A stretch of 64,000 bases of DNA from an uncultured delta proteobacterium. GTDB taxonomy: Bacteria; Desulfobacterota; Binatia; UBA9968. Below are positions 50,466-60,474 of the stretch, piece by piece. Within the stretch, counting starts at the first letter, position 1. Each line of letters opens with the position of its first letter. The translations under genes and the position numbers were made by a program. The stretch is taken from the NCBI GenBank assembly GCA_963771465.1, contig CAVYTU010000012.1, positions 128,001 to 192,000 of the forward strand. The letters are read 5' to 3'. A model generated the notes under the pieces. That model was not told the DNA's origin. It saw only the letters and a program-made list of their open reading frames with translations, and searched no databases.

Positions 50466-51878
50466 TTAGCGCAAGGTCGAGCGAATGCCGTCCAACAAGA
50501 TTTTGATCTGTTGGCCGATATGGAGACGCGGAGTGGTCAGGCCGTTTAGCTGCATGAGCGTTGTCACCGCTTGACCATAGCGGCGCGCGATCGAGAACAG
50601 CGTTTCCCCTCTTTTGACTTCATGGGTGACGACTTTCGCCGATTCGGTTTCAATGACACCCTTCAGCATGTTGTTGGCTTTGGCGAAAACCAAAGCCTTG
50701 CCGACCGGCACACGAACCGAATAGCCTTTTTCTCCAGGCGGTGTCAGATTTTTCAGCAACGCCGGGTTGAGCTCCCGGATGGTGGCGGCATCCGACTCGG
50801 CCATCTCTGCTAACGCGCTGATCTTGAGTAACCCTTCAGCGTCGACCTCGTCAAATTCTAGAGCCTCTTCGTAGCGAATGTTATTGAAGCCGTATTTGTT
50901 CGGATCATTAGCGATCAATGCGACCGCGACGAACTTGGGCACGAAGTTAAGCGTCTCTTGGCTCAGTTGATCTTTTTGTTTCATGCCCCAGAAATCGCTC
51001 GCCTTGCTTGTCTGGAGCGCTTTATTAATGGTGCCAGGACCGGCGTTGTATGCCGCGGTGACCAGGAACCAGCGGCCATAATAGCTGTGCAGCTCTTTTA
51101 GATAGGCAGCGGCGGCGCGAGTGGACTTGATCGGATCGCGCCGCTCATCGACCCAATCGTCGATCCTCAGACCGTATTGGCGCGCGGTGGCGGGCACGAA
51201 CTGCCAGAGTCCCACCGCACCGACTGGCGACGTGGCGCTGACCATCAATTCACTTTCAACCAGCGCGAGATAGCCAAGTTCTTCCGGCAATCCTTCCTCG
51301 CTCAAGGCTTTAGAAATCATCGGCATGAATTTGCCCGAGCGTCCCAGTAGCGTCTGCATTTGGCTTTTCGCCGTCGTGGTGTAGTGCTGAATGTAATGAC
51401 GCACCTTCGGATGTTCGACCACCTGCCTGGGAAACTGCAATCGGCGCCGCTCGCGCGGTTGTTCTACGGCACGATCGAGAGCTTTTTCCATTAAATCTAT
51501 CAGCTGATGGTCTGAGCTGCGCTGAGTGGCAGCTTGTGCCGGCGCCGTTGGCGGCGCGGATTTCTCTTGAGTTTCCACCGGCTGGTTCCAGCGTTCAAAG
51601 GACTTCAGCACACGCGTCGGAATTTCTGGCCGGAGCGCTGGAGGCGGTTCGGTTTCCGTGGTGACGGCAGGTTCGGCGGCACTCGCCGTTTCGAGCGCTG
51701 GGGAGGTGACGACGGTAGCGTCTGAAGTTATCGGAGAAGTTATCGTAATTGACGAGCGCGATGATGGCGTGACGAGTGCAGTTTGCGCCGGCCGATTGTA
51801 TAAACGTTCGGTGCTTGAACAGCCGACGATTCCAAGAAATGCCAACAAGAGCAGTAAACGATGTGGATTTGCTGCCAT
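50466..51878 (-). CDS. MltD-like lytic transglycosylase lipoprotein with LysM
   Basis: Lipobox IVGC, ALVES, GLWQF, AAYNAG, C-terminal LysM (HEVKRGETLFSIA). Confidence 0.88.
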   Translation of the reverse strand: MAANPHRLLLLLAFLGIVGCSSTERLYNRPAQTALVTPSSRSSITITSPITSDATVVTSPALETASAAEPAVTTETEPPPALRPEIPTRVLKSFERWNQPVETQEKSAPPTAPAQAATQRSSDHQLIDLMEKALDRAVEQPRERRRLQFPRQVVEHPKVRHYIQHYTTTAKSQMQTLLGRSGKFMPMISKALSEEGLPEELGYLALVESELMVSATSPVGAVGLWQFVPATARQYGLRIDDWVDERRDPIKSTRAAAAYLKELHSYYGRWFLVTAAYNAGPGTINKALQTSKASDFWGMKQKDQLSQETLNFVPKFVAVALIANDPNKYGFNNIRYEEALEFDEVDAEGLLKISALAEMAESDAATIRELNPALLKNLTPPGEKGYSVRVPVGKALVFAKANNMLKGVIETESAKVVTHEVKRGETLFSIARRYGQAVTTLMQLNGLTTPRLHIGQQIKILLDGIRSTLR

Positions 51879-52144
51879 AAATAAACTACCGACCTGCGGA
51901 CGATACAAAAGTTAGCTCGTCGGCGCAACCCTCGCGCGGGACAAAATAGTTAAATCGTTAACGATCGCGTTACCGTTTCGGCGCAAAAAAATCTGCGGCA
52001 AATTTGTCTTCGCGCCGTGTAATTGGCTCTCGACGTTCCGCGTTCGTGACAGTGGAACGCGAGCACCAATCTTGATTCGCAGTCGAATCTCGCGGACGGA
52101 TTTAATTGAATGGCGCGGTGGCTTCAACGCGGTGGCAAATTTAC

Positions 52145-52174
52145 TTGACAAGCCGTCATTGAAGCCAATAGATT
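52145..52174 (+). promoter_or_regulatory. Putative sigma70 promoter of the catabolic cluster
   Basis: TTGACA-18nt-TAGATT. Confidence 0.45.
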
Positions 52175-52358
52175 CCAAACCGTTTCCAAATAATGCCATC
52201 AGGTTGACGAGCAATGCCAACACGGCAAAGTCCGCGGAGGTGTTGATGCATGACGGCAAAGACGGCGGTAAAACGATAAGCTGAAAAAAGGGCGAGAATG
52301 AGCCGCAAAGAACGCAGAATACCCAAAAATGAATTGGGTGAATGAACAGGAGGAAGTT

Positions 52359-53366
52359 ATGGCGAAAAAAATTCGTGAGTTCATGACGCATCGGGAGCCG
52401 TCGGAGCATATTTGGATGGAGCGCGACGAGAGCGCGGTGATCGGCACGGCGCGCATGGGGCAAAGGATGGTGCCGCATATCCGGCCATTCGATCTGCTGC
52501 GCAGCACGCCGCTCAATGGCAACCGCGCGCGGGCGACGGTCTTTGAGGGCGATGCTTTACGCGTTAGCACCGAACATATTGCTGGCCGCGAGGCGCAACT
52601 TACCCGCGCGGCGGATTATGACATTGTTTACTTGCAATTCTGCGGTCGGTCGAAGATCGAAAGCGAAAGCGGCGTCGTCGAAGTCGAACCCGGTGAGATT
52701 GTGCTGGTGCCCTCAGCTATTTCGCATCGCACCACGGGCACGGATCAATGCTTGCGCGTGCGGGTGGCGACGCAGGAAGCTGTCTCCGAAGGCGTCGATC
52801 CGGAGAAGCCGACGACGCAGAACAAGTTCAGCGTCCAACTTTCGGAGCCGATCGAGGCGCCGAATGGCCACGCTGAGTCTGCCAGCGACGGACCCGTGCT
52901 TGAGCATATTAGTTTCTGGGACCCGCAGTCCGATCTCTGGGTCGAGCGCGATGTGGCGGCGCTGATCGGTTGCAAGCGCGAAGGCGGCCGGCCGGTGCGC
53001 AAGCTGAGCGCGTTCAATTATTTCACCGGCATGACCGGCAAGGGCGGCGCGCGCGCGCCGGTGCTCTACAACGGCAAGGAGTTCCGCGTCGACGTTTACA
53101 ATCTCGAAGAGGAACAGAACGGCTTTCATCGCGGCTGCGACGAGGACGAAATCTGGTTTCAGTTCCGCGGCCATTCGCTGAACCACACCGAGTGGGGCGC
53201 GATGGAACTCGACGCCGGGCAGATGTCCTACATCCCGCGCGGGGTGGCGCACCGCATCACCGGCAGCCCGGGATTTCTCCGCATGGTGCTCTATAGCCGC
53301 AAGCTGGTTCATCCCAAGGCGTTCAATAACGTCTCGGAGCGCGCGACCCGCTTCGACGTACAGTAG
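52359..53366 (+). CDS. Bicupin, homogentisate 1,2-dioxygenase-like
   Basis: Two internally similar cupin halves; FHRGCDEDEIWFQ...PRGVAH in the C-terminal half. Confidence 0.65.
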   Translation: MAKKIREFMTHREPSEHIWMERDESAVIGTARMGQRMVPHIRPFDLLRSTPLNGNRARATVFEGDALRVSTEHIAGREAQLTRAADYDIVYLQFCGRSKIESESGVVEVEPGEIVLVPSAISHRTTGTDQCLRVRVATQEAVSEGVDPEKPTTQNKFSVQLSEPIEAPNGHAESASDGPVLEHISFWDPQSDLWVERDVAALIGCKREGGRPVRKLSAFNYFTGMTGKGGARAPVLYNGKEFRVDVYNLEEEQNGFHRGCDEDEIWFQFRGHSLNHTEWGAMELDAGQMSYIPRGVAHRITGSPGFLRMVLYSRKLVHPKAFNNVSERATRFDVQ

Positions 53367-53437
53367 AGATTCTCGGGTAAAAATTGTTTCACTAGATGGG
53401 CAAAATCCCACGATGAGCGCGCGGCAATGGAGGCGGA

Positions 53438-54550
53438 ATGATTGGCGGTAAGCCTAAGGTTAGCGATCTTGTCATCGGCGCGCGCAATATGATCGAGGCG
53501 GCCGATGTGCGGCCGGGGGATTCCGTGCTGTTGCTCGCTGACCGGTCGAGCGACAGCGATTCCATTGATGCGCTGGCTTCGGCGTTGCGTTTACATGGCG
53601 CCACGCCGATGGAGTTTATCGTCGAGCCGATTCTGCGCTACGGCGACGTGCCGGAAGCAGCGCTGCGCGCCATGGAGGCGGTCGATGTCGTCGTGTGGGT
53701 TTGGCCGGTGTTTCTCAACGGCTCGACCAACTATCGCGAGCGGCTGCGCACGCCGAAGGAAGGGGACGTCGGCGCGCCGACGGAGCGGGTGAAGCCGTAC
53801 AAGATTTATTTTGAAGGCTGGCCCGGCCTGCTGGCGACTGATTACGCGCGCTTTCCCAACGAGTTGTTGTGGACGATCGCGCGCAAAGTGAAAGCGATTG
53901 TCGCTGCCGGGTCTAAAGTCACGATTACCGGATCCAACGGATCCAAGCTCGTCGCGGATTACGACAATAAAAAAATCTACGCGATGCAGACTAAACCGGG
54001 CGAACCGGCGGGACGATGTCATTTTCCCTGGGGCCGCTGCGGCGTTTACAACGGCTCCGGCACGGCCAACGGCACGGTGCAGCTTGACTGCGCCCAGGGC
54101 GTGCCGGGCATGCTCAGTGAGCCGATGGTTTGGACAATTAAAGACGCCAAAGTCGTCGGCGTCGAAGGCGGCGGCGATATCGGCTTGGAGTGCAAGCGGC
54201 TTTTCAAAGCGACGCCCGGCAGCGACTTCTTCACCGAAGTGATGTTCGGATATCATCCGAAAGCGTCGACGCCGCGCGGCATCCAAGATCCGATGCACTG
54301 GGAAATACTCAGCCGCTATCCCTGGGTCGGTTTGGGCACATCGCGCAAGGAAATGACCTATCGCCACATCGACGGCGGCTGCATGGATTCGAATCTCGCG
54401 ATTGACGGACGAGTGCTGGTCGACTTCGGCGGCCGACTGACGATTCTCGACGATACCGATATTCGCACGGCGGCGGCGCGCTACGGCGATCCTGATTTTT
54501 TGCTGTCGACGTTGTCGCACGAAGGCACGGCGCTGGGCGGCTTGTGGTAG
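53438..54550 (+). CDS. M29 aminopeptidase-fold protein (NicX-like candidate)
   Basis: VRPGDSVLLLAD, ITGSNGS, ANGTV, VVGVEGG, RHID. Confidence 0.6.
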   Translation: MIGGKPKVSDLVIGARNMIEAADVRPGDSVLLLADRSSDSDSIDALASALRLHGATPMEFIVEPILRYGDVPEAALRAMEAVDVVVWVWPVFLNGSTNYRERLRTPKEGDVGAPTERVKPYKIYFEGWPGLLATDYARFPNELLWTIARKVKAIVAAGSKVTITGSNGSKLVADYDNKKIYAMQTKPGEPAGRCHFPWGRCGVYNGSGTANGTVQLDCAQGVPGMLSEPMVWTIKDAKVVGVEGGGDIGLECKRLFKATPGSDFFTEVMFGYHPKASTPRGIQDPMHWEILSRYPWVGLGTSRKEMTYRHIDGGCMDSNLAIDGRVLVDFGGRLTILDDTDIRTAAARYGDPDFLLSTLSHEGTALGGLW

Positions 54551-54672
54551 TTTGATGGGATGGCCAAAGGGCACAAAATATCAGACTCGGATGCGGAAAA
54601 TTAGCCGCAAAGAACGCAAAAAAAGAATGACGTCGAGGTTCGTCTATTAGTTTTATTGGGCGTATTTGATCT

Positions 54673-54739
54673 TGTCGTGGCCCAACAGTGACGAAAAAAA
54701 GCCGGATCCTTCGCTTCGTTCAGGATGACAGCCACGACA
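54673..54739. repeat. REP-like stem-loop
   Basis: TGTCGTGGC / GCCACGACA arms enclosing GATCCTTCGCTTCGTTCAGGATGACA. Confidence 0.55.
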
Positions 54740-54773
54740 GGTCGTGAGTTCGGGTTCGGTTATTGGAGAAAGC

Positions 54774-56228
54774 ATGGACACACTCCCCTATCACGACTTT
54801 CGCGGCTTTATCGAGGAAGCCAAGAAGGTTAGCGAGTGGCGCTTGATCGAAGGCGCGGACTGGAACAACGAGATCGGCGCGCTGATCGAGGCCACCGCTG
54901 AACTTGATTCCCGGCCGATGCTGCTGTTCGACAAGATCAAAGATTATCCCGCTGGCTTTCGTCTCGTCAGTCTCGCGTTCGCCAATTACAAACGCACCGC
55001 ATTGGCCTTCGGTATCTCGCCCGACAAAAGCAAACTCGAAGTTGTGCGCTTGCTGGCGCGCAAGATGAAATCCGGCAAGTCGATTGCACCGGCGCAGGTC
55101 AAAACGTCGCCGTTGATGGAAAACGTCATGCAAGGCGACAAGATCGACCTTTTCAAGTTTCCCGCGCCGCGTTTTCACGACGGCGATGGCGGGCGCTACA
55201 TCGGTACCGGCGATTGTCTGATCAATGCCGATCCTGACAGCGGCTTCATCAATGCCGGTACTTATCGTATCCAGCTGCATGAGAAAAATTTACTTGGCCT
55301 GTGGATGAGTCCGGGACAGCATGGCCGGTTGATCTGTGCGAAATATTGGCAGCAGGGAAAAAGCTGTCCGGTGGTGACAACTTTTAGCAGTGACCCGTTA
55401 CTGTTCACGCTGGCCCACACCAAACTAGCTTGGGGCAATTCGGAGCTCGATTACGCCGGCGGTCTGATGGGCCGACCGTTGGAAATTATTCGCGGCCCGC
55501 TCACCGGCCTGCCCATTCCTGCCGGCGCGGAGATCGCCATCGAAGGCGAGATTCCACCGCCGAGCGAAGAGGCGCGCGCCGAAGGGCCGTTTGGCGAATG
55601 GCCGGGCTACTATTCAGGCGGCACCATCGGTACCGGCGAAGCCCAGCCGGTGATCCGCGTCAAAGCGATCTATCATCGTAACGATCCGATCCTCGAAGAG
55701 GAAGCGCCGCTATGGACCGGCGCGATGAAGATCGACGGTAACCCGACCGCGGGAATTCTCTGGGACCAGTTGGAAGCCGCCGGGATTCAAAACGTCGTCG
55801 GCGTGTACAATCACTCGCCTTATATGACGGTGATCGCGATCCAACAAAAATTCGCCGGCCACGCCAAGCAAGCCGGCCTCGCCGCGGTGAGCTGCGCGGC
55901 GTCGGCGCGCAATGGTCGTTATGTTGTCGTTGTCGACGATGATATCGATCCGACCAACATGAAAGAAGTGCTCTGGGCGATGATGACGCGGGTCGATCCG
56001 CCGACCAATATCGACATCGTTGACGGCGCCTGGTCGACGCCGCTTGACCCGCGCATGCCGCCGGACAAACGCGCATCGCAGGATCACACGAATGGCCGGG
56101 CGATTTTCTATGCCGTGCGGCCGTTTCACTGGAAAGATAAGTTTCCCAAAGTGAGCCGGTCAAGCCGCGAGCTGCGCGAGCGCGTGATTCAGAAGTTCCG
56201 TAACATTATCCCGTTTCCTGGCGTGTAA
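54774..56228 (+). CDS. UbiD family (prFMN-dependent) decarboxylase
   Basis: DGGRYIGT, NAGTYR, EGPFGEWPGYY, VVVDDDID. Confidence 0.92.
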   Translation: MDTLPYHDFRGFIEEAKKVSEWRLIEGADWNNEIGALIEATAELDSRPMLLFDKIKDYPAGFRLVSLAFANYKRTALAFGISPDKSKLEVVRLLARKMKSGKSIAPAQVKTSPLMENVMQGDKIDLFKFPAPRFHDGDGGRYIGTGDCLINADPDSGFINAGTYRIQLHEKNLLGLWMSPGQHGRLICAKYWQQGKSCPVVTTFSSDPLLFTLAHTKLAWGNSELDYAGGLMGRPLEIIRGPLTGLPIPAGAEIAIEGEIPPPSEEARAEGPFGEWPGYYSGGTIGTGEAQPVIRVKAIYHRNDPILEEEAPLWTGAMKIDGNPTAGILWDQLEAAGIQNVVGVYNHSPYMTVIAIQQKFAGHAKQAGLAAVSCAASARNGRYVVVVDDDIDPTNMKEVLWAMMTRVDPPTNIDIVDGAWSTPLDPRMPPDKRASQDHTNGRAIFYAVRPFHWKDKFPKVSRSSRELRERVIQKFRNIIPFPGV

Positions 56229-56231
56229 ATC

Positions 56232-57350
56232 ATGGCAACTCGTATAATGAAAATCTACGCCGCGTTCCTGATCGTTGGCGCATTCCTGTCTCATTCGTTT
56301 CAATTGTTTGGCGCGCAGCCGGCAAGCGAGTGGGAAAAAACTCTCGCTGCCGCGAAGAAAGAGGGGATTGTCGTCGTCGGCATTCCCGCCAGCAGCGAGC
56401 TCCGAACTGCGATTGGCGAAAAGTTCAAAAACAAGTTTGGCATTTCCATCGAATTGCTTGCGGCCCGCGGGCCGGAAAACGTCACGCGCATCGTCACCGA
56501 GTTCAACGCCGGGGTACGCTACTACGACATTCTCGTCGCCGGTGGCGCTACGCCGCTTTCCATGGTCGCGGCGGGCGCCGCCGATGATTTCACGCCTTAC
56601 ATGATTTTGCCTGAAGTGAAGGATCCCAAAAACTGGTGGGGCGGCCATATTTGGGAAGATAACGTGAGCACCAAGAAACATATTTACGCCTTTCTCTGCT
56701 ACACGAGCGAAACGTGGTGGTACAACGCGAGCCAAGCCGAGCCTGGCGAGATCCGTTCCTATGACGATCTTTTGAATCCCAAATGGAAAGGGCGCATCGG
56801 TTTGCTCGATCCGCGCAATCCCGGCTCGGGGCAAAATACCTGGTCGTTTATCTGGAAAACCAAAGGCGAGGAATTTCTGACCAGGCTGGCGCAACAGGAT
56901 TTGCTGATCAACCAGAACTTGCGCCAGTTGGCCGACGGCTTGGCGAAGGGCAAGCTCGTCTTTACGCTTGGTTTGAGCCATTACACCTACGAGCCGTTCA
57001 TCAAAGCGGGACTGCCGGTGAAGCCGGTACCGCGCATCAAAGAAGGCGCCCACGCCAACAATGGCAGTGGCGTCATCACGGTAGTGAAAAATCCGCCCCA
57101 TCCAAACGCCGCGAAAATATTTGTCAACTGGCTGCTCTGCAAGGAAGGCCAGGAGCTTTACGGCAAAGCGATGACCCAGGGGACGCGCCGGCTCGACGTG
57201 GACACGGAGTGGTTGAAGGAGGCCGGCATTCAGGGATGCAAGGATGTGATGACGGTAGACGAGTATCTACGCTTGGAGACTCATCTTGAGTCGTCGGTAC
57301 GGAAAATCAGAACGCCGGCGATCGCGCTGGCGGCTAAGCTTTTGAAATAA
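56232..57350 (+). CDS. Extracellular solute-binding protein
   Basis: WEKTLAAAKKEG, DLLNPKWKG, PHPNAAKIFVNW. Confidence 0.85.
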   Translation: MATRIMKIYAAFLIVGAFLSHSFQLFGAQPASEWEKTLAAAKKEGIVVVGIPASSELRTAIGEKFKNKFGISIELLAARGPENVTRIVTEFNAGVRYYDILVAGGATPLSMVAAGAADDFTPYMILPEVKDPKNWWGGHIWEDNVSTKKHIYAFLCYTSETWWYNASQAEPGEIRSYDDLLNPKWKGRIGLLDPRNPGSGQNTWSFIWKTKGEEFLTRLAQQDLLINQNLRQLADGLAKGKLVFTLGLSHYTYEPFIKAGLPVKPVPRIKEGAHANNGSGVITVVKNPPHPNAAKIFVNWLLCKEGQELYGKAMTQGTRRLDVDTEWLKEAGIQGCKDVMTVDEYLRLETHLESSVRKIRTPAIALAAKLLK

Positions 57351-57375
57351 CCATCGGGATAGTTAAAATAGCCGC

Positions 57376-58677
57376 ATGATCAGCAGCGAGGAAAATCAAT
57401 TATTGACCCAAACCGACCGCGGCACGCCGGCCGGCGAATTGCTGCGGCGCTACTGGCAGCCGGTGGCGTTGGCGAGCGAGTTGCCGGTCGGCGGCGCGCC
57501 GTTGGCGGTCAAGATTCTCGGTGAAGACTTAGCATTGTTCCGCGACGATCAGGGACGGATTGGCTTGCTCGGCATCCACTGTTCGCACCGCGGCACAGAT
57601 TTAAGTTACGGACGGGTCGAAGACGGCGGCCTGCGTTGTCTTTATCATGGCTGGCTTTACGATATTCATGGCCGCTGCTTAGAGCAGCCGGGAGAGCCCG
57701 GCTGCGGCGTGAATCGCGACGCGATCCGTCATCTCGCTTATCCATGCAGCGAGCACGGCGGCATTATTTTCACTTATATGGGACCGGGCGAGCCGCCGCT
57801 TCTGCCCAACTACGAATTTCTCAATCAGCCTCCCGGCCATTGCTGCGCCTACAAAGTTTACCACGAGTGCAACTTCTTGCAGGCCAACGAGGGCAACATC
57901 GATCCGGTGCATCTGTCGTTTTTACACCGATTTCTTGAGCACAAGGAAGAACGCTACACCGGCGTGCGCGGCAGCGCTGAGTCGCACTATAATTTAATCG
58001 CCAAGGCTCAGCCACCGCTTTTGGACGTGGAAATTACCGACTTCGGAGTGCGCATTTACTCAGTGCGCCAGATGGGTGAAGGCAAGATTTATCTGCGGGT
58101 GTCGAATTTCGTTTTGCCTAACTTGAGCACGTTTCCCGGCCAGACCGGCGGGCAGGGTTACGGCATCAACTGGCATGTGCCGATCGACGACACCCATCAC
58201 TGGAAGTATTGTTTCTTTTTCAACCGCGAGGCGCCTCTCGATCAGTCCGTCATCGACAAATCGCTGGCTGAGGTCGACGACCAGTATCGGCCAGTGCGCA
58301 ACGAGAACAATCGTTTTATGCAGGACCGCGGGTCGATGAGAACACAAACTTTCACGGGCATGGGCAGCGGCTTTCAGACCCACGATGCGTTCGCGACCGG
58401 AAGCCAAGGCGTGATTCAGGACCGCACGCAAGAAAATATCGTGTCATCCGATATCGCCATTATCGCCGCGCGCAAGCTCATGGAAAAAGCCATTCGCGAC
58501 ATTCAAGCCGGCGGTGAGCCGCCGCATGTCATCCGCCAGCCGGAGCAAAACAAATTAACTCACTTGCTGGTGATCTCGGATCTGGTCGAGGGTGTCAGTG
58601 ATTGGAAAAGGTATACAAAAAAGTTGGAAGCGGAAGCGTCAGGAAGGCAACAGGCAATAATTACGAACAAATATTAA
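57376..58677 (+). CDS. Rieske aromatic ring-hydroxylating oxygenase alpha subunit (phthalate 4,5-dioxygenase / LigX-like)
   Basis: LRRYWQP, CSHRG...CLYHGW, EGNIDPVHLSFLH. Confidence 0.9.
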   Translation: MISSEENQLLTQTDRGTPAGELLRRYWQPVALASELPVGGAPLAVKILGEDLALFRDDQGRIGLLGIHCSHRGTDLSYGRVEDGGLRCLYHGWLYDIHGRCLEQPGEPGCGVNRDAIRHLAYPCSEHGGIIFTYMGPGEPPLLPNYEFLNQPPGHCCAYKVYHECNFLQANEGNIDPVHLSFLHRFLEHKEERYTGVRGSAESHYNLIAKAQPPLLDVEITDFGVRIYSVRQMGEGKIYLRVSNFVLPNLSTFPGQTGGQGYGINWHVPIDDTHHWKYCFFFNREAPLDQSVIDKSLAEVDDQYRPVRNENNRFMQDRGSMRTQTFTGMGSGFQTHDAFATGSQGVIQDRTQENIVSSDIAIIAARKLMEKAIRDIQAGGEPPHVIRQPEQNKLTHLLVISDLVEGVSDWKRYTKKLEAEASGRQQAIITNKY

Positions 58678-58732
58678 TTCCGCATTCTTGCTATTGCCTA
58701 TTGCCCATTGCCTACTGTCAGTTGCCTTCCTC

Positions 58733-59044
58733 TCAGGTTTTAAAATTCGGATATCCTGCTTTCGCTGCTTTAGCTTTGTAGTCCGCTACTAATTCTTCTC
58801 TCGGCATTTTGTGCACCCACACCGCTTCGGTAAAACTCCACAGCGTGAACGGATGGGCGCCCAACGCGTAGAGCTTGCCGTAGTCCTTGGTCGCCAGCGC
58901 TTCGCGCTCTTCCGGTTCGAGCTTTAGCTTTTGGGTGTTCTCCCACTTGTCGACGAACTCACGCGGGTGAGCCGTGTATTGCTCTTCAGCTTCTTGGTTC
59001 ATGTTGACCAGATGAATCAGTTTGTTCATGAGATATTTGCTCAT
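58733..59044 (-). CDS. LigA-like extradiol dioxygenase small subunit
   Basis: MSKYLMNK..., EEREAL...DYGKLYALGAHPFTL. Confidence 0.75.
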   Translation of the reverse strand: MSKYLMNKLIHLVNMNQEAEEQYTAHPREFVDKWENTQKLKLEPEEREALATKDYGKLYALGAHPFTLWSFTEAVWVHKMPREELVADYKAKAAKAGYPNFKT

Positions 59045-59055
59045 ATCAGCTCCAC

Positions 59056-59328
59056 TTAAGCTCGCACCAGCGTCCAAATTCCAATCGCGACAAAGCCAAT
59101 CCCGGCCACGTACTGCAATGTCTTTTCGCCGACATATTGTGAAATGACCGAGCCGGCGGCGACGCCGATGGCGGAGGTTAAGATCAGCGCCAGTGACGCG
59201 CCGAGGAAAACCGTGAGCTTGCTCGTTTCTTTGTCCGATGCGAACAGCATCGTGGCTAGCTGCGTCTTGTCGCCGAGCTCGGCGATGAAAACGGAAGTAA
59301 AAACGGTTGAGAGAATTTTGAAGTCCAT
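59056..59328 (-). CDS. TMEM165/GDT1 (UPF0016) single-domain transporter
   Basis: AELGDKTQLA motif, three TM helices. Confidence 0.88.
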   Translation of the reverse strand: MDFKILSTVFTSVFIAELGDKTQLATMLFASDKETSKLTVFLGASLALILTSAIGVAAGSVISQYVGEKTLQYVAGIGFVAIGIWTLVRA

Positions 59329-59342
59329 AAATGATCTTTCGT

Positions 59343-60185
59343 TTACGCTTTATCCCAATTAAAAAACGGTATCGCCGGAAAGCCCGCGTCCAATCCTTCC
59401 GCATAGGAAGGCTTGGTTGAGTTCGCCACACCCATCATCATTAAGAAATTCAAATAGCCGCTGGTCATGTTCCCTGAGGCGATCATTTTTTCCGGGGTGC
59501 AGCCTTGGGCGGCGCCGTCGATGTCGCCGTTGGCGATCCAGCCGACGGCGGCGGCGTCGAAGTTGGGATCGGTGAGATGACGCTCGAACTGTTTCGGTCC
59601 GCCGACTTCGAGGGAAAGATGGCCGCTGACGAGCACGCCGACGCGTTTGTTAATCGGCAGGCTGTCGATGGCAGCGCGAATCGCTTTGCCGACCTCGAAA
59701 AATCTTCTCGGCCGCGGCATCGGCGGCGCGATGCAGTTGGTCAAGATCGGCACGATGGGAATGTCCATCTCGGGGCGGACGAAGATCATCGGCACGATGA
59801 TCGAGTGATCGATGGTCACTTCGTTCGAGTAGGCGAAGTCGACGCCACGGTCGAAGGCGCCTTCCATGATCGCGTCGGAGGTTTCGATATCGCCCGGCAG
59901 CTTGCAGGTCGGCAAGTCGAACTCACGAATCTCGTCGTAAAACGTGCCGTCGTAGCTATCCATCTTGCCGATCAAGAAGGCCGGCATGTTGTCCATGAAG
60001 AACTGATGCAAGTGATCGTTGCCGATGCAAATCAAGACATCTGGATTCGCCTCGGCGAGTTTCTGGCGCATCATCGCGATGCGTTCCTTGACCTTGGCCG
60101 CGCCGGGCGGTTGCTGCGGCTGCTTGAAGAGACGCGGCATAAATGGATTGTGAGTGATGCCGATGATCGAAACGATCTGGGCCAT
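59343..60185 (-). CDS. LigB-like class III extradiol ring-cleavage dioxygenase
   Basis: THNP, NDHLHQFFMDNMP, IDHS, SGHLS. Confidence 0.85.
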   Translation of the reverse strand: MAQIVSIIGITHNPFMPRLFKQPQQPPGAAKVKERIAMMRQKLAEANPDVLICIGNDHLHQFFMDNMPAFLIGKMDSYDGTFYDEIREFDLPTCKLPGDIETSDAIMEGAFDRGVDFAYSNEVTIDHSIIVPMIFVRPEMDIPIVPILTNCIAPPMPRPRRFFEVGKAIRAAIDSLPINKRVGVLVSGHLSLEVGGPKQFERHLTDPNFDAAAVGWIANGDIDGAAQGCTPEKMIASGNMTSGYLNFLMMMGVANSTKPSYAEGLDAGFPAIPFFNWDKA

Positions 60186-60235
60186 GAGTTACCTCGCGGG
60201 GAATAGGTTTCGTCTTGGAAGCATTGTGGCGCTGT

Positions 60236-60474
60236 CTAGCCTGGATAGTGAAACTGCGATCGAGGTGCAACCCTTACGGAACGAAGGCAAAGCATTGTGC
60301 CCTGAAGACGCGAGCGGGCAAGTTGCTTATGAGATCAGCAGCGAAAAGGTCAAACATCGTGCCGAGCGCCGAGCACAGAACGAACCATTCAGGCTGGTGC
60401 CTTTCGCTCCTCCAGGGTCACACCTCGATAAGAGTGTCGTCAAGTTTACTCCGAGCGTGAATATTCCGGGCTAG
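60236..60474. mobile_element. Non-autonomous MITE-like structured repeat, copy C
   Basis: CTAGCCTGGA ... GAATATTCCGGGCTAG; homologous to copies A and B. Confidence 0.75.

Noticed and set aside
51912-52478. 188-aa minus-strand ORF in the mltD-cupin gap
   Set aside because: No motifs; it overlaps the cupin start and the divergent promoter region
58733-59431. 232-aa ORF
   Set aside because: Only the part from ATG 59044 is LigA-like; the upstream extension overlaps the GDT1 gene in another frame
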